Source: Marsupella aquatica (lineage: Eukaryota; Plantae; Marchantiophyta). Taken from it: a stretch of DNA of 64,000 bases. The DNA lies in NCBI GenBank assembly GCA_973895155.1, contig OZ316896.1:22029722-22093721 (forward strand). The letters are read 5' to 3'. Shown here in pieces: positions 1 to 11,550 of the stretch; within the stretch, counting starts at the first letter, position 1, and each line of letters begins with the position of its first letter. The notes under the pieces were generated by a model, which was not told the DNA's origin, did not search any database, and saw nothing but the letters and a program-made list of their open reading frames with translations. A program made the position numbers and the translations under genes.

Positions 1-107
1 CTCCTTTCATGTAGTTTTTCTTCCCTCCAACAAAATTAATAGGAAAACAGAAAATAGGGAGGAAATAATAAACTTAAACCAAAAGCAATACAAAATTCAC
101 TCATTGC

Positions 108-481
108 TATTAGGCATTTACTCTTAGGTCTAGGGTTACAACTGTAACTGTAGTTAGGGCTGACATTAGTCACACACTAGGCTACGTTAACTAGGTTGCA
201 CATTATATCCCAAACATTGTTTGCTTGGATAGGAGGAACTTAGGCTCAGGCTTAGGCTCATTGTTACAAAGCCAGTTGAGAGATAAAGAGATCTTGTATT
301 GCGAAGACTCGGTATGGCCGACCGACTAGAGTGCAGTAAAGCTCTCGTGTGTTCTCGTTGACGTAGCCTTAGCTGAGGTGAACCACATATCTCTCTGTGT
401 TGACTACTTATGCGTCGGATATTCATGGGCTTGCTGTTGTGAATGTAGTCTTTGTTTGCTTTATGTACAGTATAGCCAACA
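108..481 (+). repeat. Degenerate LTR copy, same family as the solo LTR at 36333-36677
   Basis: Colinear similarity to 36333-36677 (tttactcttaggtctag; agtgcagtaaagctc; gacgtag...ggtgaaccac..atctctctgtgt). Ends ...ccaaca; 5' end reads tattagg instead of tgttagg; no clear TSD. Confidence 0.65.
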
Positions 482-1071
482 CAGGTACCTTGTATTACCA
501 TAGATTTGAAGCAATTACATCGGTCCCTTGGACATCCCCTTTTGCTCAATTCAAGGGTGTCAAAAAATGTAGAATACAGGATAAATTACATAAAGGCAGG
601 TTTGTTGTTTACTCCTTCAGTCATTCAAGTTTGTTAACAGACCTTGGGAATGATAGATTTTGGAGGTTTGTTTATTTACTATATCTAGTGGTTGATTTTG
701 GAGCATTCCCTTATGATAGTGGTTGATCTTCTAGGCTTCCCAAACTAGTGTGTGCTCCTTTGTGTTTTAAATCCAGGCCTGGTAGTATTATTTGTCACTT
801 TTAGTTTACCTTCCACACAAACTAAGGCTCTTAGCCTCTTTCGCTCTAATAGTTACATCTTGGCAGCTCTTAAGCTGAATAGATTCTTCCATCATTGTGA
901 TATTCTTGCAATTTCTTATTCCCAAGCGACTCAAAACTTTGGCCACAATTTGTCATTCAATTTTCATCGGGCTGGATTATTATTTTGTGATTAATGTAAA
1001 GACTGAAGAAATATCTTCTGCGCGCAAACTCAGTGAGTCTTTAGACAATGATTGAGAGTAGACAATGATGG

Positions 1072-1133
1072 AAAATTCAATTAAAAAAAGAAATAGACAA
1101 TGATGGAAGAGAGTCTTTTTTTAATTGAATTTT
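1072..1133. repeat. 20-bp perfect inverted repeat (hairpin) at the outer breakpoint of the large inverted duplication
   Basis: aaaattcaattaaaaaaaga (1072-1091) pairs with tctttttttaattgaatttt (1114-1133); tagacaatgat is locally repeated. Confidence 0.8.
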
Positions 1134-1142
1134 TGTAAAATA

Positions 1143-2613
1143 GACACTGCTACCCTGAAAACAAAATTTTACTTTGTATTTGAAACCACCTTATCCAAGA
1201 GAGGGACATGATCATGGAGTTGTCCAGAGTACTTACTAGGTCCTTGAGGGCATTCTCACCTGCATTCTCACTTTGTCACATCCTAATTTGGAAAATTTTG
1301 TGTCCTAAATGCAAAGGTATAGGAGTCTAGTAATGCCCTCTCGCAAGCTAGGGCATGTCCTCAATAAAACCTGAGGTGCTGGTTAGGTGATTCACATGTG
1401 TGCCCAAAGCTTTCAGATCCCTTTTTAAAGCCAACTCTTTAATTACTCATAATGGCTTCATATTCAAATGAATTGACCACACCAAGTTTTATTTTAGTCT
1501 ACTAAATTTAAATTTGTACTTTTGAACTCAGAGAATCCAAAGATGAAACTTGAAGAAAAAACCAGTGTTGAACATTTTGATGTGGGAAAAAACTCCCAGA
1601 AAATTTTGGTCTTGAAAAGCCCAAATTAATTATATGTTTTTCTAAAATAGCGGTCTACAGCCAAACTAGCCAGTGTTTTGGGATTTTATAAAAAGAAATT
1701 GGATTTTCCTAATAAAATTTGCACCATTTAGGATATTTTGAAGCAGACGTGGAAAAAGGAGAAAACCCAATTTTGTCAAATATTAGTTTTCATTAATATA
1801 TCCAACCTTTTAAGTCCATATAAGATGTAGGCTCATGTCTATCATACAAGGTCTGAGCTAAGTACCTGGCTGGTTTTAAGATCAGGTAAGAGCTAGAAAT
1901 ATAACAGGCAGCTGCCTAGTAAGGACAACCCCACTTTGATAGTCTACATTTGGGCTAATTAAATCAGGAGAAAGATCAAACTTAGATTTGTTCTAACATC
2001 CTGCCTACACTTGTGCTTTCTATATCCACTCGACCCAAGCTAAATTAAGTACAAGTTCAAGCAATTTCAGCTCAGCCAAGGTGTTTTGTTCCAGCATAGC
2101 ATGCTAGTTAATCTCAACCATTGGGTCTGTTGCCATGCCAAACATTGATGGGGTAAACGCATGGCATGCAAGTTAACCTCAACCATAATTAGGTCCGTCG
2201 CGAAACATTGATCGGGTAACCGTCAACTAGTATTGGGAAGTTGACATACGCTGTACCCTGATCAGGCCCTTCTCTCTCAAATCTGTATAGGTCAGGAAAT
2301 TATCAAGAGTAAGCATTTGAATTTGGATTTTCATTGGCATAGCTTTGGATTTTGTACCCCAACTTAGCTGTTCAGAAAAAAAAACTTGCTTTAAAGAATA
2401 GGAATTGATTCAGAGCATTGCCAATATCAAAAGAAAACATGTCAGTCATGCATGTGCTACACTACTTAAAGAATTAAATCATCTGACTGTGTTAAGCTTG
2501 CGCAAGTTTTACAAGGCGTCAGTGTACAACTTGCTTGTAAGTTGTGGTGAGATGATGGACTAGGATGTTAAAAACCAGTTTTGCAAGGTCGTCCCCCGGG
2601 CACCGATGTACTC
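1143..2613. repeat. Large inverted duplication, left arm, outer part (pairs with ~17998-19452)
   Basis: Reverse complement of 18001-18030 matches 2582-2611; 1143 gacactgc...ccttatccaagaga matches the reverse complement of 19380-19452; the ORF track shows MKLEEKT at 18810..19037(-), matching 1543 atgaaacttgaagaaaaaacc. Confidence 0.9.
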
Positions 2614-2940
2614 TGTCACACCATTCTGAGTAGTGTAGTAGTATATCGTGCTATTAGAGTATGTATGTTTGGTATGAGTGCTACTGGAGCCGATAAGGTT
2701 CCGTCAGGTTTGTGTGAAAGGGTACTTCTCACTTGTGAGGCATTGAAAGGTCATCTTTCAATGTTGAGCCTTGGAGAGAGAGGAGCTTGAGTGGCTATGG
2801 TGGCTGTGAGCTCCGCTTGTGTAACGTGGATTCCTTGAGTAGTGCAAGGTGCGTTGGCTTGACATATGTGTGTGATCGGATCGGTGCGGGATCGATGGGA
2901 TATTGTTGACCGGGATCGTTGTGCCGATTATATGGAGATT
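2614..2940 (+). repeat. Terminal repeat A1 (327 bp)
   Basis: tgtcacacc...ggagatt, repeated at 11691-12017 with about 7 transitions (counted by eye). Confidence 0.95.
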
Positions 2941-2952
2941 ATATTGAAAGAT
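2941..2952 (+). promoter_or_regulatory. Candidate self-priming primer-binding site
   Basis: atattgaaagat immediately after A1 is complementary to atctttcaatgt (2753-2764) inside A1, with 11 WC pairs and 1 G-U; no tRNA-type TGG PBS at this position. Confidence 0.55.
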
Positions 2953-3210
2953 CACATTCAAAATCTGTTGTACGGACTGTGTGGACAGAAGTTTGATTGA
3001 TTGAGTTATCGACCGTTCGTGGTAGCTCGGATCGTGTGTTATTATCGAACAGATCGTTGGTATCTTGACCTGTATCGTTGTTGTCCGATCGGCCTGCTTC
3101 CCGATCGATGTACAGATCTGTGATTGGTGACAGGTTTTGAGTTGGAGGTCGATTGATGATTTGTGGAGGAAAGCGAATGTTGAGTAGATGTTGGACAGTG
3201 GAAGTCGATC

Positions 3211-3300
3211 CGTGAGGCTTCAGATCCGATTGCCGGCTACTGTGAGGCTTCAGATCTGATTGTCGGCTACTGTGGGGCTTCAGATCTGATTGCCGGCTAT
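3211..3300 (+). repeat. 3 x 30-bp tandem repeat in the element leader
   Basis: Ygtg(a/g)ggcttcagatcYgattgYcggctaY at 3211, 3241 and 3271. Confidence 0.9.
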
Positions 3301-3529
3301 TGTTGGACGATGTTGGCAAGGCGCAGGTGAAGCGACGGCTCTTTTCCTGAAGGAACGGAGCTGCCAATGCCCCGTGCGGCGGTATCATCATTTCAGTGAA
3401 AGAAACGAGGGTCAAAGGTGTTGAATCAAGCTACTGCCAATTCTATGGAAGGGCTGCATTTTTCATGAAGGAAATCGACAGTTTTCGGGAGCTTTTCGTG
3501 AAGGAAGTAGTCATTTTTGGGGTCAGGTG

Positions 3530-3722
3530 TGAGGCGCACGAGGTCACCCCATCCCGAAAGTGCTCCCAACCGCGAGCGCGAAGTCACCCATCGCAAGCAC
3601 AAGCAGGCGCGAGGTCGAGGTCACCCATCCCGGGGCTATTCCAGGCCGTGAGCGTGAGGGGAGGCACAAGGTCGAGCGCGAGGAGGTCACCCATCCCGGG
3701 GCTATTCCCAGCCGCAAGCGCT
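3530..3722 (+). repeat. GC-rich imperfect repeats in the element leader
   Basis: gtcaccc(c)atc core occurs four times; gaggtcacccatcccggggctattcc occurs twice. Confidence 0.8.
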
Positions 3723-4276
3723 TAACTAGAAAATTCTCATCCCACCTTGTGTACACGCGAGTTTTCACAACTTGTTGTTTAGATTCAAGTGCTAGGGGGC
3801 TTTATACACTTTCCGGTTTGCTTAGAGCCTTGTTTTGGGCCAAATCAGAGGCTCTTTAGAGGTTTTTGATAGTTCTGAGTTCATCTAAATACACAAATTG
3901 AACCAATTGTGCATGGTTTCTCATCTATAACATTGGGACATCATGAAGCCTATTATGAAGGCCTTTCATTGAACATTATGAATATTTGTTTGATCAATGT
4001 GTGATCACTCTTGGTGTGGAGAGTTAGTGTTTGACTATTCTTGTTGATTGGATCCTCTTCACACTTGTTTCCTGTTTATGCGCCATGTTGGTTCGGTGTG
4101 GGCGCTTGATTCCATAGGAGTGATCCGGGTTTGCAACTGGACATTCTAGTGTGCTGTGTATTTCTCTCCTGGTAATGTTGGAGTGATGCCCAACACACCA
4201 TGGTGAGTGCTTGTGGTGCTGACAGGGATAGATTGCCCTTAGGGTTAGCACATAGATTAGGTTAGGGTTGGTCACC

Positions 4277-6190
4277 ATGGATTCTTCTGGTGCTGCTGGA
4301 TTACCCGATGGACGACGGACCGGTTTCACTCGGAGTGGGGCACAGTTTCGGCCAGCGGCATTGGTAGCAGTCAGCAGTGCAGCTTCAGACAGTGATTCCG
4401 ACGAGGACTCAGTGATCAGTTCTCCTCGTCATCAGGTGGTTGCACCTTTGTTGTGGGATATGGACGCGATGTACGGGGCTACAAAGGGCCCACGATGATA
4501 CTCTGGTGCAGTTGGCACAATTGATCTGGATGACTTCATCCAGGAGTTTGATACGTGGTGCGATATGCAGACATTGCGTAACGCCACGTTGTTTACCCCT
4601 TTCATGGCATGGAAGGGATTATTTCAGCATTTGGAGGGGCCACCCATGGATGACTACCATGAGTTTCGGAAGGCTCATTTGGTTGAGATTGAGGCATGGA
4701 GGCAGCATTGGTCACCTAATTACGTGTCCATCACCTATGGCACTAGTGCGGCTGCCCAACCCATTGCCACAACTGCTGCCTCTTCTAGCAGCACTAGCCA
4801 GAGTGGCACACCATCCACCAGCAGCACTCCAGCAGCATCCACCGCTACTCCTGCCGGTGTGATTGTGACAGGAATTGGAGTTACGCCAGCATTTAATCCT
4901 GTGGTGGAATTCTTTGAGGTACTGAAGCAGAACTATCAGGGTGTGAGAACTGATAAGTTGAAGGGTCTCCAGGAGTTCCAGCGCAAGACTAGAGAGAGTC
5001 TACGTGAGGCATACACTCGTATGCGCAGATTGATCACTGTCACCAAGGGAGTGACAGAGGCTCAAGTAGTCCAGTTTTGGTATGCAATTTTGGACAGAGA
5101 ATTGCGACGCAGAGTGAGAGATGTCACTCTGCTTAGGGATGTAGATCCCACATTAGCAGTTGTTTTCACCCTTTCTGAGCGCATTGACCTCAATATGGTG
5201 AATGAGAAGGTGGTGACTTCTGGATTTGCCAAGGAAGCACCAAAGGTTGCATCTACATCCACACCAGAGCCTACTGCATGGAAGAGCCAGAGGGAGAAAC
5301 CTACTGCACGAGAGTCTACCAACCAGAGACCTGTGCCCTCTTATGCTGGACAGCAGTCAGGATGTTGGACCTGTGGTGGGGATCATGCACAGAGATATTG
5401 CCCAGATCATAGAGGATCAGGGGGAGCATCAACGCCTGATCAGCGACAGTGTGATCATTGTGGAGCTCCTGGACACACTAAGGATAGGTGTTTCTCACTC
5501 CACCCTGAGTTACGGAGGGGAGGATCCCGTACACATGATCAGGGAAGAGGAGGAGGAGGAGGATGTGGTCGTGGCATGCCACATGCAGGGAGACAAGGAG
5601 GTGACGCTGCCCCTCCTGTAACCATAGATCCAAAGGATGCTAAGATTGCTCAATTGGAGCAACAGCTAGCTACCATGGCTAGTTCCCAGGTGAGACCTAC
5701 TTCGGGTGATGGGGCATCTACATCCTATGGACCTTCCACATCCCATGGTCCTTCCACATCCTATGGAGCTGATGGAGATCTTGCCACCATGGGATTCATG
5801 TGTGGCACTGCACATATTGATGCATCAGCAGCTTTGACACGTGGGGCAGCCAAAGCTCTTGAGCCCCGAGGAGCAGTAGTGGAGTTAGATCCACAGAGGG
5901 GGGATGCACGTTGGCAGACAAAGCTTCCTCAGTCTTTTACATTGTCAGAGACAGTTCAGACTGCCTCTATGAACCCGGTTCGGACAAACCCTGGCGTGGG
6001 TAAGTTGGCAGAATCTGGTAGTGATACAGTAGGGATGACAGGTACCCTACTGGGGGTGGCTACTACCATAGTACGCACCCCATTATTTTCAGCGACAGAC
6101 ATGAGGAACTTGGGAGTTGGTCCTGCAAAAGTGTTCAGATTGGCAGCTACACTCTATGAGGACACTCCAGTTGTTGCTTCCCATTCATAA
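4277..6190 (+). pseudogene. gag: Retroelement Gag with two CCHC zinc knuckles
   Basis: ATG at 4277; ORFs 4268..4498 and 4565..6190 share a frame across a TGA at 4496; knuckles CWTCGGDHAQRYC and CDHCGAPGHTKDRC. Confidence 0.85.
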
Positions 6191-6211
6191 GCAGCTTGCA
6201 GTGTTGAAGCA

Positions 6212-6800
6212 GTGAAGACCATACCACCTACTGCTACTAGTGAGACATGGCATGCAGCAGCAGCGAGGTTGGTGGATTTACCAACACGCCCTGCATTTGA
6301 GAGGACTAGGTTTAAATCTAGTGTTGTGTCATTGGATAATCGGAGTGGTATCTTCCGATTAGTTGGGCCTTCTGGAGCAATATACCAGCCAGAGAGAGTG
6401 TTACTGGATACTGGTGCTCAGCCCTTGATGTTGGGGAAGTCTACCATACGTGGATTGGGATTGCATCCAGAGGATTTGGAGGATTGTCCCTTTCCCATTC
6501 AGACTTCATTGGGGGGACCTACACCTACACAGCATATCACCAGGAGACCACTTGATCTGAGGATTCAGGAAGGTCATACCATAGATAGCTCACAGATACA
6601 GGCGCGAGCTATTCTGACTAAGGCAGAGTCATATGATGTGTTGGTGGGATGTACAGTGCTCTACCCCATGGGATTTATTCTTGATTTTTGGGAGGAATCA
6701 GTGTCATATAGACCTGATTGGCAGTCAAGAGATGCTCGATTGAGCAAATTGCCAGTGAGATTTAGTGGACCTGTGGGAGGCCTAAATCTACACCATTGTC
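6212..6800 (+). pseudogene. Retroviral-type aspartic protease
   Basis: VLLDTGAQ catalytic motif and YDVLVG; same frame as gag after a TAA at 6188; frameshift near 6780. Confidence 0.85.
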
Positions 6801-6933
6801 TTTGGCAGCATTTAGTGGTGTAATTGCTGGACCTGATGATTTGATTGAGGGTAATGCGCATGCAGCCGATGTACTACCATTGGAGGAGTCTCATGAGGAG
6901 CACATCATGTGAGGATTACCTGTTGGCAGTGTT

Positions 6934-8250
6934 GTGCCACCAGTGTGGGGCACTGCACAGGCCTTGCCACAGGCAGCAGCACAATTGGTACATGATGCAT
7001 GGCGTCATGCTTTTACACCACAGTCAGGAGCAGAGCAGTCTCTTGCAGATGGACCTGTGACTCTTTCACCATTGGATACCACTCCTATTGCTTGGCAATA
7101 TCCACCGGAGGGTATTTGTTTGTTGGATCTTTTTGGTGGGATTAGCACTGGATTGGCTGTTGTTCTTCAGGCAGGAATTCCTGTGCATCGTTATTTGTAT
7201 GTGGAGATAGATGAGACAGCACGGAGGGTCTCATTGCGACATGTGGCTATGTTGGTGGATAGATATCCACAGTTGCTGCCAGTGGATGCTGTTCGTGGTT
7301 ATCAGCATGCACTACCTGCTGATATTTCATTGTTGGGGGCGGATCATCTGCATCGTGTTGGCCCCATTGATTTGGTGATTGCTGGTTGGCCATGTCAGGG
7401 CCAATCTAGAGCTGGCGTTGGGCATGGACTTCATGATCCACGCTCTGCATTGTTTTGGGAGATGTTACGGGTGCTGCGTCATCTCCAGCTACATCAGACA
7501 CAGTCTCCAACATACATTTTTGAGAATGTGCCATTGTTAGGTGATGATCGTAGTTGGATTGTTGCCAGTGTTCACCAGGTGAGGTCTTGGATTGGACCTG
7601 CTGTGTTATTGGATGCTGCACGTGTGGGTTCTCGTGCACATCGTCCACGCTTGTGGTGGACTAATTTGATCCCATGTGAGGTGCTGAAGCGCGCATTTGA
7701 CAGCATTCCACGCTCACCAGCCTTAGTGGTGGATGATATTTTGGATCCAGGGCGTCGTGCACAGGGTGTGACCCAACCTGATAGACCTCCATTGGCAATG
7801 GTCAATGCAGTTGGGTGCCCACGTTGTGCATCACCCACTCTTGTAAGCCACTCTGTTTCATATGCATTCAGAGTAGGTGGCCCTGGACTTGTGTGGGACA
7901 CAGCTCTCCAGCAGTTACTAGAGCCTACTGCTGATGAGAGAGAGCGTGCTATGGGATTTTTGACTGGCACCACTGCAATTGCCTCTGTGTCAGAGGGTTT
8001 GCGGCGCCAGGTTCTTGGTCAAGCAATGGACCTGAATTGTTTGACTTGGATTATCAGCTTGGGAGTAGCTGAACAGTTGTGGATGCGCTCTGCTGGAATT
8101 ACTGATTGTCCCTCGGTGAGCTTGCGGTCCACTGAGACAGTACTGACCACAGTTGGGGGCGAGCAGACAGTCCATGGACCTATGGCAGGATTGGCCAAGG
8201 CTGGACAGATTGTTGAGCAGGAAGGGACTGCTCAATCTACTGCTAAATAG
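6934..8250 (+). CDS. DNMT3-like C5 cytosine DNA methyltransferase domain (core ~7114-8070) within pol
   Basis: Motifs in canonical order: I LDLFGGISTG, II VEID, III DI, IV GWPCQG (catalytic Cys codon at 7393), VI FENV, VIII SRAHRPRLWWTNL, IX ERERAMGF, X RQVLGQAM. Same frame as RT (8296..) across a single TAG at 8248. Confidence 0.92.
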   Translation: MPPVWGTAQALPQAAAQLVHDAWRHAFTPQSGAEQSLADGPVTLSPLDTTPIAWQYPPEGICLLDLFGGISTGLAVVLQAGIPVHRYLYVEIDETARRVSLRHVAMLVDRYPQLLPVDAVRGYQHALPADISLLGADHLHRVGPIDLVIAGWPCQGQSRAGVGHGLHDPRSALFWEMLRVLRHLQLHQTQSPTYIFENVPLLGDDRSWIVASVHQVRSWIGPAVLLDAARVGSRAHRPRLWWTNLIPCEVLKRAFDSIPRSPALVVDDILDPGRRAQGVTQPDRPPLAMVNAVGCPRCASPTLVSHSVSYAFRVGGPGLVWDTALQQLLEPTADERERAMGFLTGTTAIASVSEGLRRQVLGQAMDLNCLTWIISLGVAEQLWMRSAGITDCPSVSLRSTETVLTTVGGEQTVHGPMAGLAKAGQIVEQEGTAQSTAK

Positions 8251-8295
8251 CAATCATCGGCTATCTCTTCTACCCTACAAAGAGATATTAGGGAT

Positions 8296-9740
8296 TTGGT
8301 GGAGAGTTGGGAATCACAGCTTGGCCCTAAGTTAACAGGGGAGGAGAGACGTGGCATGCATCGATTCCTGAAGAGTTATTGGAATTGTTTTGCATTCAGC
8401 ATGAAGGATTTGGGGACATTGAAGGGCCCTGATATTCAGATTGAATTGGCTAGTGATGCGCCAATCTTTCGTAGACCATACCGTTATAGTGACATGGAGA
8501 GAGCTCTGATTCAAAGCAGAACTCAAGATTTGTTGGAGGCTGGATTGGTGGAGATTTCATATGGGGAGTATGCATCTGCCACAGTGATGCCAACCAAGAA
8601 GGATGTGCATGGCAATTACATAGATAGGCGCATGTGTGGTGATTACAGACCTATTAATCGCCAGACAAAATCTGATCGATATGCCAAGCCCACACTTGAG
8701 GAGATCTTTGATGATGTGGGGCATGCAAAGGTTTTTAGTTCATTGGATTTGAGGGCAGGGTACCATCAGCTTCCAATTAGGCATGCTGACAGGTCCAAGA
8801 CAGCATTCTGGGGGATTGATTTTTATGGAAAAGATTGTTTGTATCAGTGGTTATTCTTATCATTTGGGTTGAAGAATGCACCAGCTGAGTTCCAGAGAGT
8901 CATGGATCGAATCCTTGCAGGTTTGGATTTTGTCAGATGTTATATTGATGATATTTTGGTCTATTCTTCTACTGTGGAAGAACATCAGTAGCACTTGCAG
9001 ATTGTGATGGAGAGATTGAGAGCACATGGGTTGAAACTCCATCCTGGCAAGTGTAAATTATTCCAAAGACCAGATTGAGTATTTGGGCCACACTATATAC
9101 CCAGGGGGATTGGGTGTACAGCAGACTAAAGTGGAGGCCATTACACAGATTCCTTGTCCTACTGATGTGAGTAGAGTTCATGCATTCTTGGGATTGGCGA
9201 GCTACTACAGGAGGTATGTTAAAGGATTTAGCCAGCTTGCTAAACCTTTGACCATACTCACTAAGTTGGATCAGGAATGGATTTGGGGTGATGACCAGGA
9301 GCATGCCTTTCAGGAGTTGAAGCAAAGGTTGGCATCATCCCCTATTTTGAGAAGACCCATTTCAGGCAAACCATTTCAGCTACACACTGATTGGAGTGGA
9401 GTAGGACTTGGAGCAGTGCTGACTCAGAAGGATGATGAGGGGAATGAGTTTGTTGTGGCTTATGCCAGTAGATCAAACAATTCAGCAGAGGCTAAGTATA
9501 GCTCTTATGAGGGAGAGTGTTTGGCAGCAGTGGTGGGCTGTTGCACACTTTCGTTGCTACTTGTTTGGTAACCCCTTCACCTTGATCACTGATCATCAGC
9601 CTCTTAAGTGGGTAATGGAGTCTGACAAGCTTACAGGGAAGCTTGCACGATGGACATTGTTGTTACAGGAGTATGATTTCCAGGTGGTGCATAGGCCTGG
9701 AAAAGTGAACTTGGATGCAAATGGATTAAGCCACAATCCA
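8296..9740 (+). pseudogene. pol: Reverse transcriptase and RNase H (Gypsy-type), disrupted
   Basis: RMCGDYRPIN, SSLDLRAGYHQ, FGLKNAPAEFQ, YIDD (8941); RNase H LHTDWSGVGLGAVL, YSSYEGE, TDHQPL; stop at 8989 and frameshifts near 9070 and 9535. Confidence 0.93.
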
Positions 9741-10099
9741 TGTACCAGTCAGCAAGATGAGACTAGAGCCAGATGGCATGATGAGTCAGATAAGGAGATG
9801 GTGCCAGGATGGCATGCATCTGCCTTTCTTTGTTGGGTGCCAGCATATAGTGGATCTGTGGACTCTACCTCATTGGATGGAGTGGATGATGAGTCTTCAG
9901 ATGTGGATGTTAGTGAGGTAACTACTGGACAGCAAGATATTCACAATGATGTGAGAGTGTTGGAATATCTGTGCAGTGGTTCTATTGTTGGCAGTGTTGA
10001 TGCCAAGGAACGTGACAGGGTTCTACAAAGAGCCAAGAGGTTTTGATGGGAGGGAAACCATCTTTTGAGATTACTGCATGATGGTAGAGTGTTGGTGGT

Positions 10100-11377
10100 C
10101 CCAAAACCATCATAGAGAGTACATTTGGTGCGACATGCGCACGAGGAGTTGGGTCACTTTGGTGTGAAGCGCACTTACAGCTTGCTGTAGACACAGTATT
10201 GGTGGCGTGGTATGCACACTCATGTCCAGCAGTTGATAGCTAAGTGTGTGGTATGTGATAGAGTGAGAGCATCATTTAATGCTCCCACTCCCCAGTTGCA
10301 CCCGTTACCGATCATGGGTTTGGGATATCGTTGGAGTTTGGATTTTGCTGGTCCATTACCTCTTACCCAACGCCATAATCGGTATGTTTTGGTCATGGTG
10401 GAACACTTCTCCAAGTGGATTGAGCTAGTGGCGTTGCCAGATAAAGCCAGTGGAGGAGTTGCTGCTACATTTTTGGATCGTGTACTCAGTCATTTTGGAG
10501 CACCAACTGAGGTGTTGACTGATCAGGGAACTCAGTTCCATGGAGAGTTTGAGAGTTTGTGTGAACAAGCTCTGATTGATCATTGTACTACCTCTTGTGA
10601 TCATCCTGAGGCAGATGGATTAGCTGAGAGAGTTGTGCAACTGTGAAGAGAGGATTGCGTAAGTATGGCTTGCAGGTTGGTCATCTGGGAGATTGAGATC
10701 TCTAGCTACCTTGGTTAGCTATGGGCTATCGTTTCAGTCGGCAAGCATCACTTGCATCCTTCTCACCTTAATTTTTGCTCTATGGTAGAGAGCTAGATTT
10801 GCCAGCAGCTATTCGTCGTGATGTTGCATCAGTTGTGAACTTGGATGATCCTGATGTTTGGGTCAAGGTGTGTTCAGAGAGAGCACGGGTATTTCAGCGA
10901 GTGATGCCCATGGCTTTCGACAACCTTGCCATTGCCCAACATCGTGATACTTTGAGGTATGCCACTATTCATGGAGGAGGTTACCGTGCAAGCATTCGGC
11001 GATTTCATATTGGTGATTATATTTATTTGCAGCAGACAGCACCCACGACACTTGATGTGACCGCAGGCCGGACAATCTTACGTGTGCGTGAAGTGTTGCC
11101 TTCTGGTGTCCTGATGTTGGAGGGACGCGATGGTATGGTTTGGAAGGATCATGTGCGCAACTGTGCACCATGTCACCTTCCCAACATTGATGGTACAGTA
11201 GATCCAAGCTTGGCACATGTTCGTGCTGGCTTGAAATGTATGTTGTGTGGATCTGCTCAGGGAGCAGCTACTATGTTGATTTGTGATAAGTGTTCTAGAG
11301 GATGGCACATGTCATGTTTGACACCACCATTGCAGGTGATTCCTAGTGGATCATGGTTGTGTCCTCAGTGTTGGTGA
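10100..11377 (+). pseudogene. DDE integrase with C-terminal PHD finger (11237-11374)
   Basis: HHCC (HEELGHFG...CVVC) and catalytic SLDF, LTDQG, DGLAER; PHD C4HC3 CMLC...LICDKC..GWH..C...WLCPQC; several stops and frameshifts. Confidence 0.92.
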
Positions 11378-11540
11378 AGCCGACTAGTTATCATTTGTGT
11401 TCTCTTGGCAGATATGGATTGCAGGTAGGTGATCGATGGGGCTCACTTGCACCCGGCCTCCTGATCTTCACACCTAAAAAGGTGTATATCAACCTTGTAG
11501 AACTCATGGCTAGCTAGAGTTAGGGGACCTTACTCCCAGC

Positions 11541-11550
11541 TAGGGGGGCG
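11541..11550 (+). promoter_or_regulatory. Polypurine tract
   Basis: taggggggcg immediately precedes B1. Confidence 0.65.

Noticed and set aside
2939-3415. 158-aa antisense ORF with SRQSDLKPH repeats in the element leader
   Set aside because: Explained by the 30-bp tandem repeat keeping a frame open; non-ATG start and no recognisable domain.
3211-3722. CRISPR-like repeat array
   Set aside because: Units are head-to-tail or irregular with no unique equal-length spacers and no cas genes; eukaryotic context.
6934-8250. Bacterial restriction-modification gene or contamination
   Set aside because: Embedded in frame in pol, flanked by intron-containing plant genes, with no cognate endonuclease.
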